Both the position numbers and the translations under genes were made by a program. From the IMG/VR virus record IMGVR_UViG_3300031707_002715, positions 1-64,000 of that record: a stretch of DNA of 64,000 nucleotides. One strand, written 5' to 3'. Origin of the DNA: a virus. This document shows positions 1 to 9,918 of this stretch, piece after piece. Under the pieces are notes generated by a model. That model searched no databases. It was given only the letters and a program-made list of their open reading frames with translations, and was not told the origin of the DNA. The number at the start of each line of letters is the position of its first letter. Position 1 is the stretch's first letter.

Positions 1-1
1 A

Positions 2-345
2 ATTCAAGGAATTACGGGCATACAAGGAGTTCAGGGAATAACAGGTCAGCAAGCTATAACAGGTTCGCAAGGTGTACAAGGAATAACAGGAATTCAGGGA
101 ATAACAGGAATTCAGGGAATAACAGGAATTCAGGGAATAACAGGTCAGCAGGCTATAACAGGTTCACAAGGTGTGCAAGGAATAACAGGAATTCAGGGAA
201 TAACAGGTTCACAAGGTGTGCAGGGAATAACAGGCATTCGAGGAATAACGGGTATTCGAGGAATAACGGGTATTGGTGGAATAACAGGAAGTGGTGGAAT
301 TACTGGGGCTAATGGAATTACAGGTATTCAAGGACGAACAGGTCT
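2..345 (+). repeat. Coding tandem repeat with 9/18-bp periodicity (e.g. ggaataacaggaattcag) encoding a Gly-Ile-Thr/Gly-Ile-Gln collagen helix
   Basis: Repeated ggaataacagg/caaggaat units are directly visible. Confidence 0.95.
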
Positions 346-721
346 TGAAGGCAGTGCTACAGGAATTTTAAATATCATTTTAGATGGAGGTGGCGCAGTA
401 TTATCGACTGGTGTTAAATTAGACATTGTATTGCCTTATAATTTGAATTTTTCAGCATGGAGATTATTGTCTAGAGAGACAGGATCAATTTCGATTGCAT
501 TATGGAAAAATACGTATGCTAATTATCCACCAACACAATCTAACGCTATGCATATTGGTGGGACGGGACCATTTATTGATACTAACATAAAAAATACTAA
601 TACTAATATTTCTGGCTGGGGAACGACTACAGGGACAGCGGAAGATATAATTCGAGTTAATATAGATTCTGTTACTAATATACAATTAGTAACATTAGCG
701 TTAAATTATAACAAATTTTAA
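2..721 (+). CDS. Collagen-like fibre protein, 5'-truncated by the window edge, with a C-terminal globular domain
   Basis: Frame is open from base 2 (IQGITGIQGVQGITG...), so the GTG at 173 is internal; Gly-X-Y repeats run to about 345, followed by ILDGGGAVLSTGVK...GSISIALWKNTYANYPPT, a domain type seen at the end of phage collagen/fibre proteins. Confidence 0.85.
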   Translation: MQGITGIQGVQGITGQQAITGSQGVQGITGIQGITGIQGITGIQGITGQQAITGSQGVQGITGIQGITGSQGVQGITGIRGITGIRGITGIGGITGSGGITGANGITGIQGRTGLEGSATGILNIILDGGGAVLSTGVKLDIVLPYNLNFSAWRLLSRETGSISIALWKNTYANYPPTQSNAMHIGGTGPFIDTNIKNTNTNISGWGTTTGTAEDIIRVNIDSVTNIQLVTLALNYNKF

Positions 722-860
722 CTATCTGTGAATTTACGATAAAATACTGCAAGAACTTCAAGTTATATAACGACAGAAGATAACAACTACAAGTCCACAG
801 GCATTTATAAGTTTAGCACTATCTGGCAGTTTTATAGATACTAGCAATGATAGTACTGCA

Positions 861-1283
861 TTGACAAGTAAACTTACTTTTACAGGAAATGGCATTTTTC
901 AAATAAAATGGCCAGGATTAAGTGGTATAAAAGATTTTTCTAACGATACTTTAGCTTTCTATGGTAATGATACAGTAAAATTAGATAGTCATTATTATTT
1001 GGTTAAAAGACTTATATTAAGAACAAATAGGACATGTACATTTAACGCAGGCGATTCTTTAGGAATTTCATATTATATTACGGGCGACTGGAACGGAGCT
1101 ACATTAAATTCTAATTCTCCAGGATCATATTATTATTTAACTATTCCGTCTACTGTTGGAACGGGTGTTAGAGGAATGCAAATAAGCGATTGCTATAATT
1201 ATGGCATACCGATGACAGTTAATATGGGGGCAGATAGGGGTCATAATTATGGTATCACATATGTTAAGAAAAATATCTGGTAG
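861..1283 (+). CDS. Hypothetical protein, possibly a 5'-truncated remnant of a larger virion protein
   Basis: TTG start with no clear RBS; frame is open upstream to 771 without a better start; beta-rich composition. Confidence 0.45.
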   Translation: MTSKLTFTGNGIFQIKWPGLSGIKDFSNDTLAFYGNDTVKLDSHYYLVKRLILRTNRTCTFNAGDSLGISYYITGDWNGATLNSNSPGSYYYLTIPSTVGTGVRGMQISDCYNYGIPMTVNMGADRGHNYGITYVKKNIW

Positions 1284-1345
1284 AATAATTAAAATTGATG
1301 ATTTAATTAGTCAATAATAACATATTTAAATGAAGGACGATGTAG

Positions 1346-4300
1346 ATGCATACATTGGGATTAAGCATAATAGTCAGCGACGAAGTGTTTGAAATCGATA
1401 GATGTTTAAAAAGTGTTACGCAGGGTTCATTGTTTGATGAAATTGTCGTAACGATGACTGTTAATAATGTAGAAGTCGAATCTGTAATTAAAAAGTACAC
1501 TGACAAGATATATTTCTTTGAATGGATTAAGGATTTCTCTGCTGCTAGGAATTTTTGCCTCGATAAAATGACGACTGATTTTGTTCTTTGGCTTGATTCA
1601 GACGACATCATAACTCTTCAAAATTTTCAAAAACTGCAAGAATTAAAATCTACAATAAATGATCACGACGTGTACATGATCACATATAATTATTTTCATG
1701 ATAATCAGGGTCGACCGTACATCATTCAACCTCGAGAAAGAATTTTTCGTAGAATTGACTCATTACGTTGGCACGGTGCAATTCATGAAGTATTGTTATG
1801 TAATGTAATGCATAAAATATGTCAGCGTAGAGATATTGCCATTGATCATTATCGAATAAAGCCGTTTAACGCATTACGAAATATTGAGATTTTACGACAT
1901 CAATTTGAATTGCATCCTGATGATGCTAGATATCATTTTTATCTTGGTCGTGATATTGTCGAAGAAGGTTTATTTGGTAAACCAGAATTATTAAATGAAG
2001 GATATTCAATACTTGAAGCTTTTTTGAAGAAAAATTATGGTTTTAGTGAAGACCGCGTGATGGCTTGTCTAAAATTGGCGCAATGTTATTTAGCTAAAGG
2101 CGACTTTGAAACGGCTAAAAATTATGCGCTTCAGGGCATGACAATATCTGACAAATATGCAGAGCTTTATTTAGTATTAGGTGAAGTTTATAGGGCTTTA
2201 GGCAATTATGATCTTGCGATACAGTATAATGAAGAAGCATTGACGAGGAATCTCGATGCAGGTTTTGCTCAAATGCCGGAACAATACAAATTAAAACCTG
2301 CTACGAATTTATCATTACTTTATTATTGGAACAAGGGCGACAAAGATAAGTCGTTTCAATATAATAGAATAGCATTGCAGTGTGATCCAAATAATGCAAA
2401 TTTCTTATATAATCAGAAGGTGTTACTGACTGAAATGTCGACAAAGATATCGGTAATATGGTTTGTGCCGACTTTTAATACACAAAATCCAGTCGTCAGG
2501 ATTCGTTATTACAATAGTCATTTAGCATTAATTACACTGAACATTCGGTCGATGATCGTGACTGCTTATTATCATTTAAGTATAAATCAAATTGTGCAAG
2601 AGACAGCTAATAACGCAGTTTTTGTTTTCACACAAAAATCAGATTTTGATATTAAACTAGCGACGGCTTTAAAAGCTGCAGGAAAAAAAGTCGTAATTGA
2701 TGTTTGTGAATCATTATTCTATAATGCAGGAGATTTAAACAATATTAATGCTTTTGATATGGTCACTTGTTGTTCAACATATTTATCGCAAGAACTTAAG
2801 ACGTATGGTATTAATAAGACTAGAGTTATTAAAGACGCTATTGAAGATAGACCGGTCGAACATAATTATGAGAATAATGATCAATTAAAAGCAGTTTACG
2901 CAGGTATGGGCGGTAATAGTTTTCTAGTAACTGACGTACTTAAAGATATTATAGAATCTGCGGGTTATGAATTAGTCGTTATAAGTGAATGGGACAATGC
3001 AACTAAAAAATGGGACATGAATACTTGGCACGAAGAAATGAACAAGTGCGATGTTTCATTATGTCCTCAAAGGGTCGATATTCAACCTGCAAAATCAAAT
3101 GTAAAAGTCACTACGGCCATGTCATTGGGGTTGCCTGTCATTGCATCACCTATTTTAGCATATAAAGAAATTATTAGTCACGGAGAAAATGGATATTTAT
3201 GTGAAACGAAACATGACTGGTACAAAGCGTTAATTGAATTAAAAAGTGGACAAATTAGAAAACAAGTCGGAGAACGAGGGAAATCGTCAATTAGTCATTA
3301 TACCAGTGTAGCTATAATTAATGAATGGATAGGACTGTTTTATGACATATTACATCAAGAATCGAAGTCTGAATCAAGTGTTATAACTGACATAAAGGTG
3401 CGTACGCCGGTAGATATTATTATTTTGAACTACAATAATTTAGACTATTTAAAATTGTGTATAAGTTCTATATTATTAAATACAGATTATCCATATCACA
3501 TTATAATATCTGATGCAGGCAGCAGTGATAAAGAAGTCTGGGACTATTTTAGTGTTTTAAAAGGTTTTACCATTATTGGTAGTTCTAATATTCGACTTAA
3601 TTTTTCACAGGCGTGTAATGCTGCAATGTCAGTGTCTAGATCAAAATATTTCGTCATTTTAAATTCTGATGTTATTGTTTCGAAGGGTTGGCTTAATAAC
3701 CTTGTTGAAAAATTAGGTACAGTGCCACGGTTAGCTGCTTGTGGTGTATTAAGCAATTGCGACAGAGGATGGTTGCACGGTATTGAGGGTCGACCTTTTT
3801 ATCAAATGCGCACTACGAAAGGAATCGAGTTAGTTCCAGGAATGACAAAGGAACAAATAGATGTCGATGATCTTTATCAATTTATGGAATCATCAAATAA
3901 AAATCTTAAAGGTACATTTATTGAACAAGAGTGGATTGCAGCTTATGCAACTATTTTTGTAAGATCAGCTATTAATGAAATTGGTGGATTTGATGAAGAA
4001 TATAAAAATGGTTGCGAAGATCGCGACATTTGCATACGGCTCAAGAAATATCATTATGTGATTGGACAAGCTATAGACTCGTTCGTTTATCATTTCGGTG
4101 GTATATCTCGTGGTGCATATGAAAAAGAATGCTACGATGTTTTTCACGAAGAAGATGTTTATAATCATAATCGTATGTTCAATAAATGGGCAAAAGAAAA
4201 AATCGTAATATATACAGGACCGGCTTGGGAAAAATGGGATAAAAATACTGTTAATAAAGGCATGGGAGGGTCAGAGACATGGGCTGCTAGATTAGCTGAA

Positions 4301-5770
4301 CAATTTAGTATTTTAGGTTATGATGTGACAGTCTACAATGACATGGCTGATATGAATGCCACTGTGGTAGAGTCGACGAGTGAAAGATATAGACACTATA
4401 GTAAAGTAATTGATGACTTCAAATGTGATTGTATAGATTATTTTATTGCATCGCGCACTACAGACATATTTTCCATTCCATATTTGCACGCCATAAATAA
4501 ATATGTGATGATACACGATATTTGGTTGTCGCAAGATCCAAATTATAACATTCAAGAATGGCAAATTGATAAATACATGGTATTGAGTGACTGGCATAAG
4601 TCTTACGTTATGCAGCATCATAAAATACCTGAGAAAAAGATTGTATTTACTGCTAATGGTAGCGATCAACAGCTTTACGAAAATGCAGATAATGTTCAGA
4701 AGAACAATAAAATATTTTATAGTTCTAGTCCTGATCGGGGTCTTTATGAGTTATTGCAAATGTTCCCGAAAATTCGTGAAAAAGTGCCGAATTTAGAATT
4801 AGTTGTTGCGTATGGATTTTATAATTGGGAACAAGCGATAAAGCAGCGAGGCAACGAAAACGAATTAACATATTGTAACGCAATTAAACAATTGTTAAAT
4901 CAGCCGGGTATAAAGTTTATTGGCAGGGTGTCAAAAGAAGAGTTGGCAGAAGAACAGATGCAATGTAAAGCGTGGTTGTATCCTACAGCGTTTTGGGAGA
5001 CGTTTTGTATTTCTAGCGTTGAAGCAGGTTTAGCTAAATGTGCAATATTATCAACTAAACTTGCAGGATTAATCACGACTGTTGGTGATAGCGGGATATT
5101 AATCGATGGTGATAATAAATCGAATACTTATCAAGAAAAATTTATTGAGGAGAGTATTAAGCTGCTAACTAATGAAGAATATAGATTAGCATGGGCTAAA
5201 AAAGCGTACGATAAAATGAAACAATATCGATGGGACGTTATAGCTAAAGATTGGAAACACATTTTTGACGCTAGACAAATTAAATGTTTAAATTTGGGAT
5301 GTAATGATTTATACATATCGGGATTTATAAACATTGACATTAATACTAATATAAAAACTGATTTGAACTATGATATTAGACGATTAAAAGAAAAGTTTGA
5401 ATATTCATCTATTGATTTTATTTATGCAGGGCATATTATTAATTGTTTATCATTTAATGAAGCTGTGCAAGTAATGAAAGATTGTCACGACATTTTAAAA
5501 TATAAACACGATATTATTGTCGTCGTGCCAGATTATGAGTACTGTATGAAGAATTGTCTTGTTGAAGAAGCCTCTCAAATTTTGCTTAATAATGGTAATT
5601 GTAAAGACATTTATGATGAACAACGTTTAAAGAAATTATTTCAACTTGCATGTTTTCAAAATATCACTCGAATGTCATTATTAGACGTTCCATATATTTT
5701 TAAAGTTATAACAAATGGTGAGACTCAGATTCAGCCATGGCAAATAGCTGTTAAAGGATCGAAGCTATGA
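1346..5770 (+). CDS. Multidomain glycosyltransferase: GT2 + TPR + GT-B-like + second GT2 + GT-B + class I SAM methyltransferase-like domain
   Basis: DFSAARN...WLDSDD and WHGAIHE (GT2); TPR helices; KSNVKVTTAMSLGLPVIAS (GT-B); VDIIILNYN...ILNSD...GGFDEEY...EDRD (GT2); GGSET...YSSSPDRGL...ETFCISSVEA (GT-B); LNLGC...INIDI (MTase). Confidence 0.9.
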   Translation: MHTLGLSIIVSDEVFEIDRCLKSVTQGSLFDEIVVTMTVNNVEVESVIKKYTDKIYFFEWIKDFSAARNFCLDKMTTDFVLWLDSDDIITLQNFQKLQELKSTINDHDVYMITYNYFHDNQGRPYIIQPRERIFRRIDSLRWHGAIHEVLLCNVMHKICQRRDIAIDHYRIKPFNALRNIEILRHQFELHPDDARYHFYLGRDIVEEGLFGKPELLNEGYSILEAFLKKNYGFSEDRVMACLKLAQCYLAKGDFETAKNYALQGMTISDKYAELYLVLGEVYRALGNYDLAIQYNEEALTRNLDAGFAQMPEQYKLKPATNLSLLYYWNKGDKDKSFQYNRIALQCDPNNANFLYNQKVLLTEMSTKISVIWFVPTFNTQNPVVRIRYYNSHLALITLNIRSMIVTAYYHLSINQIVQETANNAVFVFTQKSDFDIKLATALKAAGKKVVIDVCESLFYNAGDLNNINAFDMVTCCSTYLSQELKTYGINKTRVIKDAIEDRPVEHNYENNDQLKAVYAGMGGNSFLVTDVLKDIIESAGYELVVISEWDNATKKWDMNTWHEEMNKCDVSLCPQRVDIQPAKSNVKVTTAMSLGLPVIASPILAYKEIISHGENGYLCETKHDWYKALIELKSGQIRKQVGERGKSSISHYTSVAIINEWIGLFYDILHQESKSESSVITDIKVRTPVDIIILNYNNLDYLKLCISSILLNTDYPYHIIISDAGSSDKEVWDYFSVLKGFTIIGSSNIRLNFSQACNAAMSVSRSKYFVILNSDVIVSKGWLNNLVEKLGTVPRLAACGVLSNCDRGWLHGIEGRPFYQMRTTKGIELVPGMTKEQIDVDDLYQFMESSNKNLKGTFIEQEWIAAYATIFVRSAINEIGGFDEEYKNGCEDRDICIRLKKYHYVIGQAIDSFVYHFGGISRGAYEKECYDVFHEEDVYNHNRMFNKWAKEKIVIYTGPAWEKWDKNTVNKGMGGSETWAARLAEQFSILGYDVTVYNDMADMNATVVESTSERYRHYSKVIDDFKCDCIDYFIASRTTDIFSIPYLHAINKYVMIHDIWLSQDPNYNIQEWQIDKYMVLSDWHKSYVMQHHKIPEKKIVFTANGSDQQLYENADNVQKNNKIFYSSSPDRGLYELLQMFPKIREKVPNLELVVAYGFYNWEQAIKQRGNENELTYCNAIKQLLNQPGIKFIGRVSKEELAEEQMQCKAWLYPTAFWETFCISSVEAGLAKCAILSTKLAGLITTVGDSGILIDGDNKSNTYQEKFIEESIKLLTNEEYRLAWAKKAYDKMKQYRWDVIAKDWKHIFDARQIKCLNLGCNDLYISGFINIDINTNIKTDLNYDIRRLKEKFEYSSIDFIYAGHIINCLSFNEAVQVMKDCHDILKYKHDIIVVVPDYEYCMKNCLVEEASQILLNNGNCKDIYDEQRLKKLFQLACFQNITRMSLLDVPYIFKVITNGETQIQPWQIAVKGSKL

Positions 5771-6927
5771 TTAGTATTATTGTTAACGTGACTAATGAAG
5801 AGCAGTATAACAATTTTTTCTTACCAGGATTAGAAGAGTCAATCGTTTATACGAAAAAATTAGGTTTTTCAAATTTAGATATTATCGCTATCCGTAGTAC
5901 TGAATCAATAACAAAAATATATAATGATGGTATTAGACGCGCAAAATACGCTATTAAAGTATTTGTTCATCAAGATGTGAAAGTACTAAATGTTGATTGG
6001 ATTACAAAATTATTTTATGCGTTTGCTGTAGACTGTGATATTGCTCTTGTCGGTGTTGTTGGTTCAACATTGACAATCGATGATAATTTTTGTGCTATAG
6101 ATCGAAAGTATAAAATAGGTGAACTATTTCTAGGTAAAAATTATGAAGATGTTCAATATAATATTTTTACAGATAGGTTCGTGCAAGTTCAAGTGATAGA
6201 TAGATTTTTTATGGCGACGAATAGAAGTATATTTTGGGATGAAAATTTAAAAGAGACAGACCTTTACGATGTTGATTATTGTAATACGATTAATGACATG
6301 AAATTGAAAATTGCAACTATGCCGCACAAGATGTGGCATATTGGAGACGCTGCACTTAATAGTGACAGGAGTTATTTCGATAAAAAATGGCAGATTAAAC
6401 AAAGACGAGAAGGTGATATTAAGTTACATCTCGGTTGTGGTAATAGGAGAAAAGACGGGTACATTAATGTTGATGTTTTCCCCGGTCAGAATGTTGATGA
6501 AGTGTTTAGTATCGATTCTATACCTTATGATGATAATTCTGTAACTGCAATATATTCTGAACATGTTTTAGAACATTTACCGTTCAATAGGACGGAAAAA
6601 GCGATTAAAGAATTTTATAGGGTTTTAAAAGAGGGCGCAGAATTACATTTAAAAATACCTGACCTCGAACAATGTTGCAAACAATATGTGGCATCAGCGG
6701 GCGATGCGTTTAAACGATGGTGGTATAAGTGCACTATTTATGGAATCCAACAGAGTCAAGCCGGTGAACCTGATGAAGCCCAAATACATAAAAGCGGTTT
6801 TTCAAAAGACGAAATAAAAATTGTGCTTGAACGAAATGGATTTAAAGTTACATATATTGAAAATTATGATGGGTTTAAAACACCTTCAGTAGAAGTCAAA
6901 GCGCTTAAATTGCATGAAAAACTATGA
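5767..6927 (+). CDS. GT2-like glycosyltransferase domain fused to a class I SAM-dependent methyltransferase
   Basis: VFVHQDV, ALVGVVG and DLYDVDYC in the N-half; KLHLGCG...YINVD...IYSEHVLEHL...RVLKEG in the C-half. Confidence 0.85.
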   Translation: MISIIVNVTNEEQYNNFFLPGLEESIVYTKKLGFSNLDIIAIRSTESITKIYNDGIRRAKYAIKVFVHQDVKVLNVDWITKLFYAFAVDCDIALVGVVGSTLTIDDNFCAIDRKYKIGELFLGKNYEDVQYNIFTDRFVQVQVIDRFFMATNRSIFWDENLKETDLYDVDYCNTINDMKLKIATMPHKMWHIGDAALNSDRSYFDKKWQIKQRREGDIKLHLGCGNRRKDGYINVDVFPGQNVDEVFSIDSIPYDDNSVTAIYSEHVLEHLPFNRTEKAIKEFYRVLKEGAELHLKIPDLEQCCKQYVASAGDAFKRWWYKCTIYGIQQSQAGEPDEAQIHKSGFSKDEIKIVLERNGFKVTYIENYDGFKTPSVEVKALKLHEKL

Positions 6928-7949
6928 ATATGATTGACGCTGTGGACGTAATTATACCACACTATAACAACGTTGACGGCATTAGATCTAGCATTGACGT
7001 CATCGTCAAGCATGTCGATTTATGCTGTGTGAATTTATTTATCTCAGATGCCGGTAGCAATGATCAAACGTGGCAAGATTTAAATTTAATTAAAGGTGTG
7101 ACATTATTAGATAAACAAAACAAGCAAATAGATTATTTTGACGCTTGTAATAATGGCGTGATGAATTCACGCTGTCGATTTTTTGTAATATTAAATCCAG
7201 TAATTATTGATACTGAGTTTAGTTTATCTGATGCTGTCGACAAAATGAAGACTATTCCACGAATGGCTGCGTGTAAAGTGTCACAGAATGCAATTATTTT
7301 TGCACGATCAGCAGTAATAGAAGACGGACTGTTTAGTGCTAGTTTACATGCGAAATTAAAAAAGCATTATATGCTCGATGAAGCTATCGATTGGTCGACT
7401 TTTAATTTTAGTAATAAAAAAAGAACGAGGAAATTAAATTTAGGATGCGGTAATCAAAGAGTTAGTGGATATATTGGTTCAGATATATTTATGTGCAATG
7501 GCGTAGATGAAATTTATTCTATGGACAAGATACCTTATAAAGATTCGACGATTGATGGTATTTACTCTGAACATGCATTAGAGCATTTAGAATTTTTAAA
7601 AGTCGAATGTGCGTTAAAAGAATGGTATAGGGTTTTAAAAAATGATTGTGAATTAATATTGAAAATACCTGATTTTGAATTGTGTTGTCAATGTTATTTA
7701 AATCCTCCAGAACAGGCGTTAAAAGAAGTTGATTTTAATGTCGATTTAGCTAAGCAATGGTTTAAGTACACGATTTTTGGCATACAAGAAAGTTTAGCCG
7801 GAGAACCAAATGAAGCGCAAACGCATAGGTCGGGTTATTCTAAATCAGAGATTAAAAAGACGATAGAAAATGCAGGGTTTAAAATTATTACTATTTCAAA
7901 TTATAATGGCTATGATACTCCTTCAATTGAAGTACATGCAGTGAAATAG
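6924..7949 (+). CDS. Degenerate GT2-like domain fused to a SAM-dependent methyltransferase
   Basis: VDVIIPHYN...ISDAGS; KLNLGCG...IYSEHALEHL...RVLK; C-half closely paralogous to 5767..6927. Confidence 0.85.
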   Translation: MNMIDAVDVIIPHYNNVDGIRSSIDVIVKHVDLCCVNLFISDAGSNDQTWQDLNLIKGVTLLDKQNKQIDYFDACNNGVMNSRCRFFVILNPVIIDTEFSLSDAVDKMKTIPRMAACKVSQNAIIFARSAVIEDGLFSASLHAKLKKHYMLDEAIDWSTFNFSNKKRTRKLNLGCGNQRVSGYIGSDIFMCNGVDEIYSMDKIPYKDSTIDGIYSEHALEHLEFLKVECALKEWYRVLKNDCELILKIPDFELCCQCYLNPPEQALKEVDFNVDLAKQWFKYTIFGIQESLAGEPNEAQTHRSGYSKSEIKKTIENAGFKIITISNYNGYDTPSIEVHAVK

Positions 7950-8025
7950 TTTCTTTCCTTAATTCTTCCTTAATAAAATCACAATAATTGAGATAGTCCG
8001 TAAAACGTATTGAAAAGGATATTTT

Positions 8026-8370
8026 ATGCGAACTTTTAAACGTGGAGATACTGCAGATTCAAGATTCATTTTCATTGACGTAAACACTCGTGAACCGATC
8101 GACGTGTTAAGTCCAGTGTATAATATTGTTCATTTTGAATCTAATACTGAATTCGTCGATGTGCCGTCGACAGCATTGACTAGAGTGGGTCTCGGTGAAT
8201 ATTTAGCATCGTGGACGATCCCTGATACTGCTGCAGAAAATGAAACATATTTTGTTACAGCGAGCGGAACACATCCGACTCAAGGCACAAATACTGAGAT
8301 TGAAGACAGTTATAATGTAGCATCAGCAGCATTCTTTTCTAATATGGTCGTCAAATTTACTAAGGATTAA
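8026..8370 (+). CDS. Small Ig-like virion structural protein (paralogue family with 8372, 9376 and the N-terminus of 9919)
   Basis: RBS aaagga; FKRGDT...PIDV..P.Y.I...GEYLASWTIP...D.YNV pattern. Confidence 0.65.
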   Translation: MRTFKRGDTADSRFIFIDVNTREPIDVLSPVYNIVHFESNTEFVDVPSTALTRVGLGEYLASWTIPDTAAENETYFVTASGTHPTQGTNTEIEDSYNVASAAFFSNMVVKFTKD

Positions 8371-8371
8371 C

Positions 8372-8743
8372 ATGATTTACTTAGGCAAATTATTGACAAA
8401 AGACGATCTAAAGATATTTTTCTTTGATATTGATGGCGTTATGCCGATTGATCCCGCAGTTGTTTCATATACGATATTTGATCTTACGCATAACAAGAAA
8501 GAGATAATTAGACAAACGATTAATAGTAAACCGATGAGATATGATATAGGTCATTATTTTGTACCCATTCATTTAGATCCATTGATATTTCGAACAGGTC
8601 GACATCTTATACAGTGGGCATTTAAAAGATTTACAGATTTAGATACACAAATGGTCAATGATACATTTGATATAACACGGCCAACATATTGGGCGGGTGA
8701 ATTTTGCAACGTGCCATACGCGGTCGATAAGACAATACCATGA
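8372..8743 (+). CDS. Small Ig-like virion structural protein
   Basis: DLKIFFFD...IDPAVVSYTIFD...GHYFVP...GRHLIQW...DTFDI; aligns by eye with the N-terminus of 9919. Confidence 0.65.
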   Translation: MIYLGKLLTKDDLKIFFFDIDGVMPIDPAVVSYTIFDLTHNKKEIIRQTINSKPMRYDIGHYFVPIHLDPLIFRTGRHLIQWAFKRFTDLDTQMVNDTFDITRPTYWAGEFCNVPYAVDKTIP

Positions 8744-8991
8744 ATATAAAAACTGAAAATTTAATATCTTCGATTGTAAGGGCTACAATGTGGCAACATT
8801 TACCGGGCTATCAAAGATTCTTAAACGAAATGTCAAATAATAAAGTAAATAAAAGCGATGCTATTAAGATTGTTAGTGCGCTTGAATCAGGACTAGAAGT
8901 AGGTTCAATACCGAAAGTCACTAATGTAAATCAATGGACATGTAGAAAAGTAATAGACACAGCATATAAATATGATTTATTGAAGAGGTAA
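8740..8991 (+). CDS. Hypothetical protein
   Basis: ATGA overlap with the upstream stop; co-oriented in the operon. Confidence 0.6.
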   Translation: MNIKTENLISSIVRATMWQHLPGYQRFLNEMSNNKVNKSDAIKIVSALESGLEVGSIPKVTNVNQWTCRKVIDTAYKYDLLKR

Positions 8992-8993
8992 AC

Positions 8994-9365
8994 ATGCCAA
9001 TTGCACACGACATAATAACAAAAAATCTAATAACAGATACCGTATGTGGCTTGTTTAATGGTGGTGCAGTGCTTATGTTCAAGACTGACGCTGATGTAAT
9101 CGTAGCTCAAATCGCACTTGATGCAATTGCATTTGCTGCTGCGGCGAACGGCGAAGCGATAGCTAACGGATTTCCTAAAACGACTATCGTGTCGATTGCC
9201 GGTACTGTTTCTAAATTTGAAATAAGAAATTCATTAGATGCGCCTAAAATATTTGGCACAGTTTCATTACCTGGTAACAATGGTGATATTGAACTTTCAG
9301 TGCTTGAATATGCAATAAGTGATCCTATTACATTAGCATCTTTAAATTATAGAGTACTAAGTTAG
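8994..9365 (+). CDS. Putative virion structural protein
   Basis: RBS gaggt; AFAAAANG...AGTVSKFEI...GTVS..G..GDIEL pattern typical of small phage virion beta-proteins. Confidence 0.65.
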   Translation: MPIAHDIITKNLITDTVCGLFNGGAVLMFKTDADVIVAQIALDAIAFAAAANGEAIANGFPKTTIVSIAGTVSKFEIRNSLDAPKIFGTVSLPGNNGDIELSVLEYAISDPITLASLNYRVLS

Positions 9366-9375
9366 GAACTTTAAT

Positions 9376-9909
9376 ATGAATTTTGGCGGCGTAACAATGA
9401 AAGGTTATGATACAATTGCTGCAGCTATTGCTAAGTTGATTCCTGTGTATATTTTTATGAACGATAATCCATTTGATCCTTATTCTGTTTATTACACTAT
9501 TTATGGTGTTTGCGGTCAAACTATTCAGACGAATCAACAAGCCACAAGATTTACGACGGGTGAATATTATGCTAATTTTCCATGGACTGTGCAGACTGCT
9601 ACATTAAAAATGGGAACATTTAAAATAGTATGGGATATAAAAGAATCATATTATAGCACTGTAACATCTGTAACAGATGAATTTTCAGTGTATAAAGCAC
9701 GATCACAATCGTGTCAGGCGCCACATTTGCCGACCGGTTATGATCCAAATAAACGTCAATCTGGTACCGGAAATTTTCCAGATTTTGGTTATCCAAATGC
9801 TTGCTGGCAATATTCTTATTCGCAATATAATTTGCAATGGGGTATTACTTGTGGATCGTATGTGAATTTTACAAGGCAATCGGGCACATGTAATTATCCA
9901 TGTTGCTAA
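9376..9909 (+). CDS. Ig-like virion protein with a Cys/aromatic-rich C-terminal tail
   Basis: FDPYSVYYTIY...GEYYANF...GTFKIVW.IKE...DEFSV shared with neighbouring paralogues; ends GTCNYPCC. Confidence 0.6.
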   Translation: MNFGGVTMKGYDTIAAAIAKLIPVYIFMNDNPFDPYSVYYTIYGVCGQTIQTNQQATRFTTGEYYANFPWTVQTATLKMGTFKIVWDIKESYYSTVTSVTDEFSVYKARSQSCQAPHLPTGYDPNKRQSGTGNFPDFGYPNACWQYSYSQYNLQWGITCGSYVNFTRQSGTCNYPCC

Positions 9910-9918
9910 GGATGAAAT

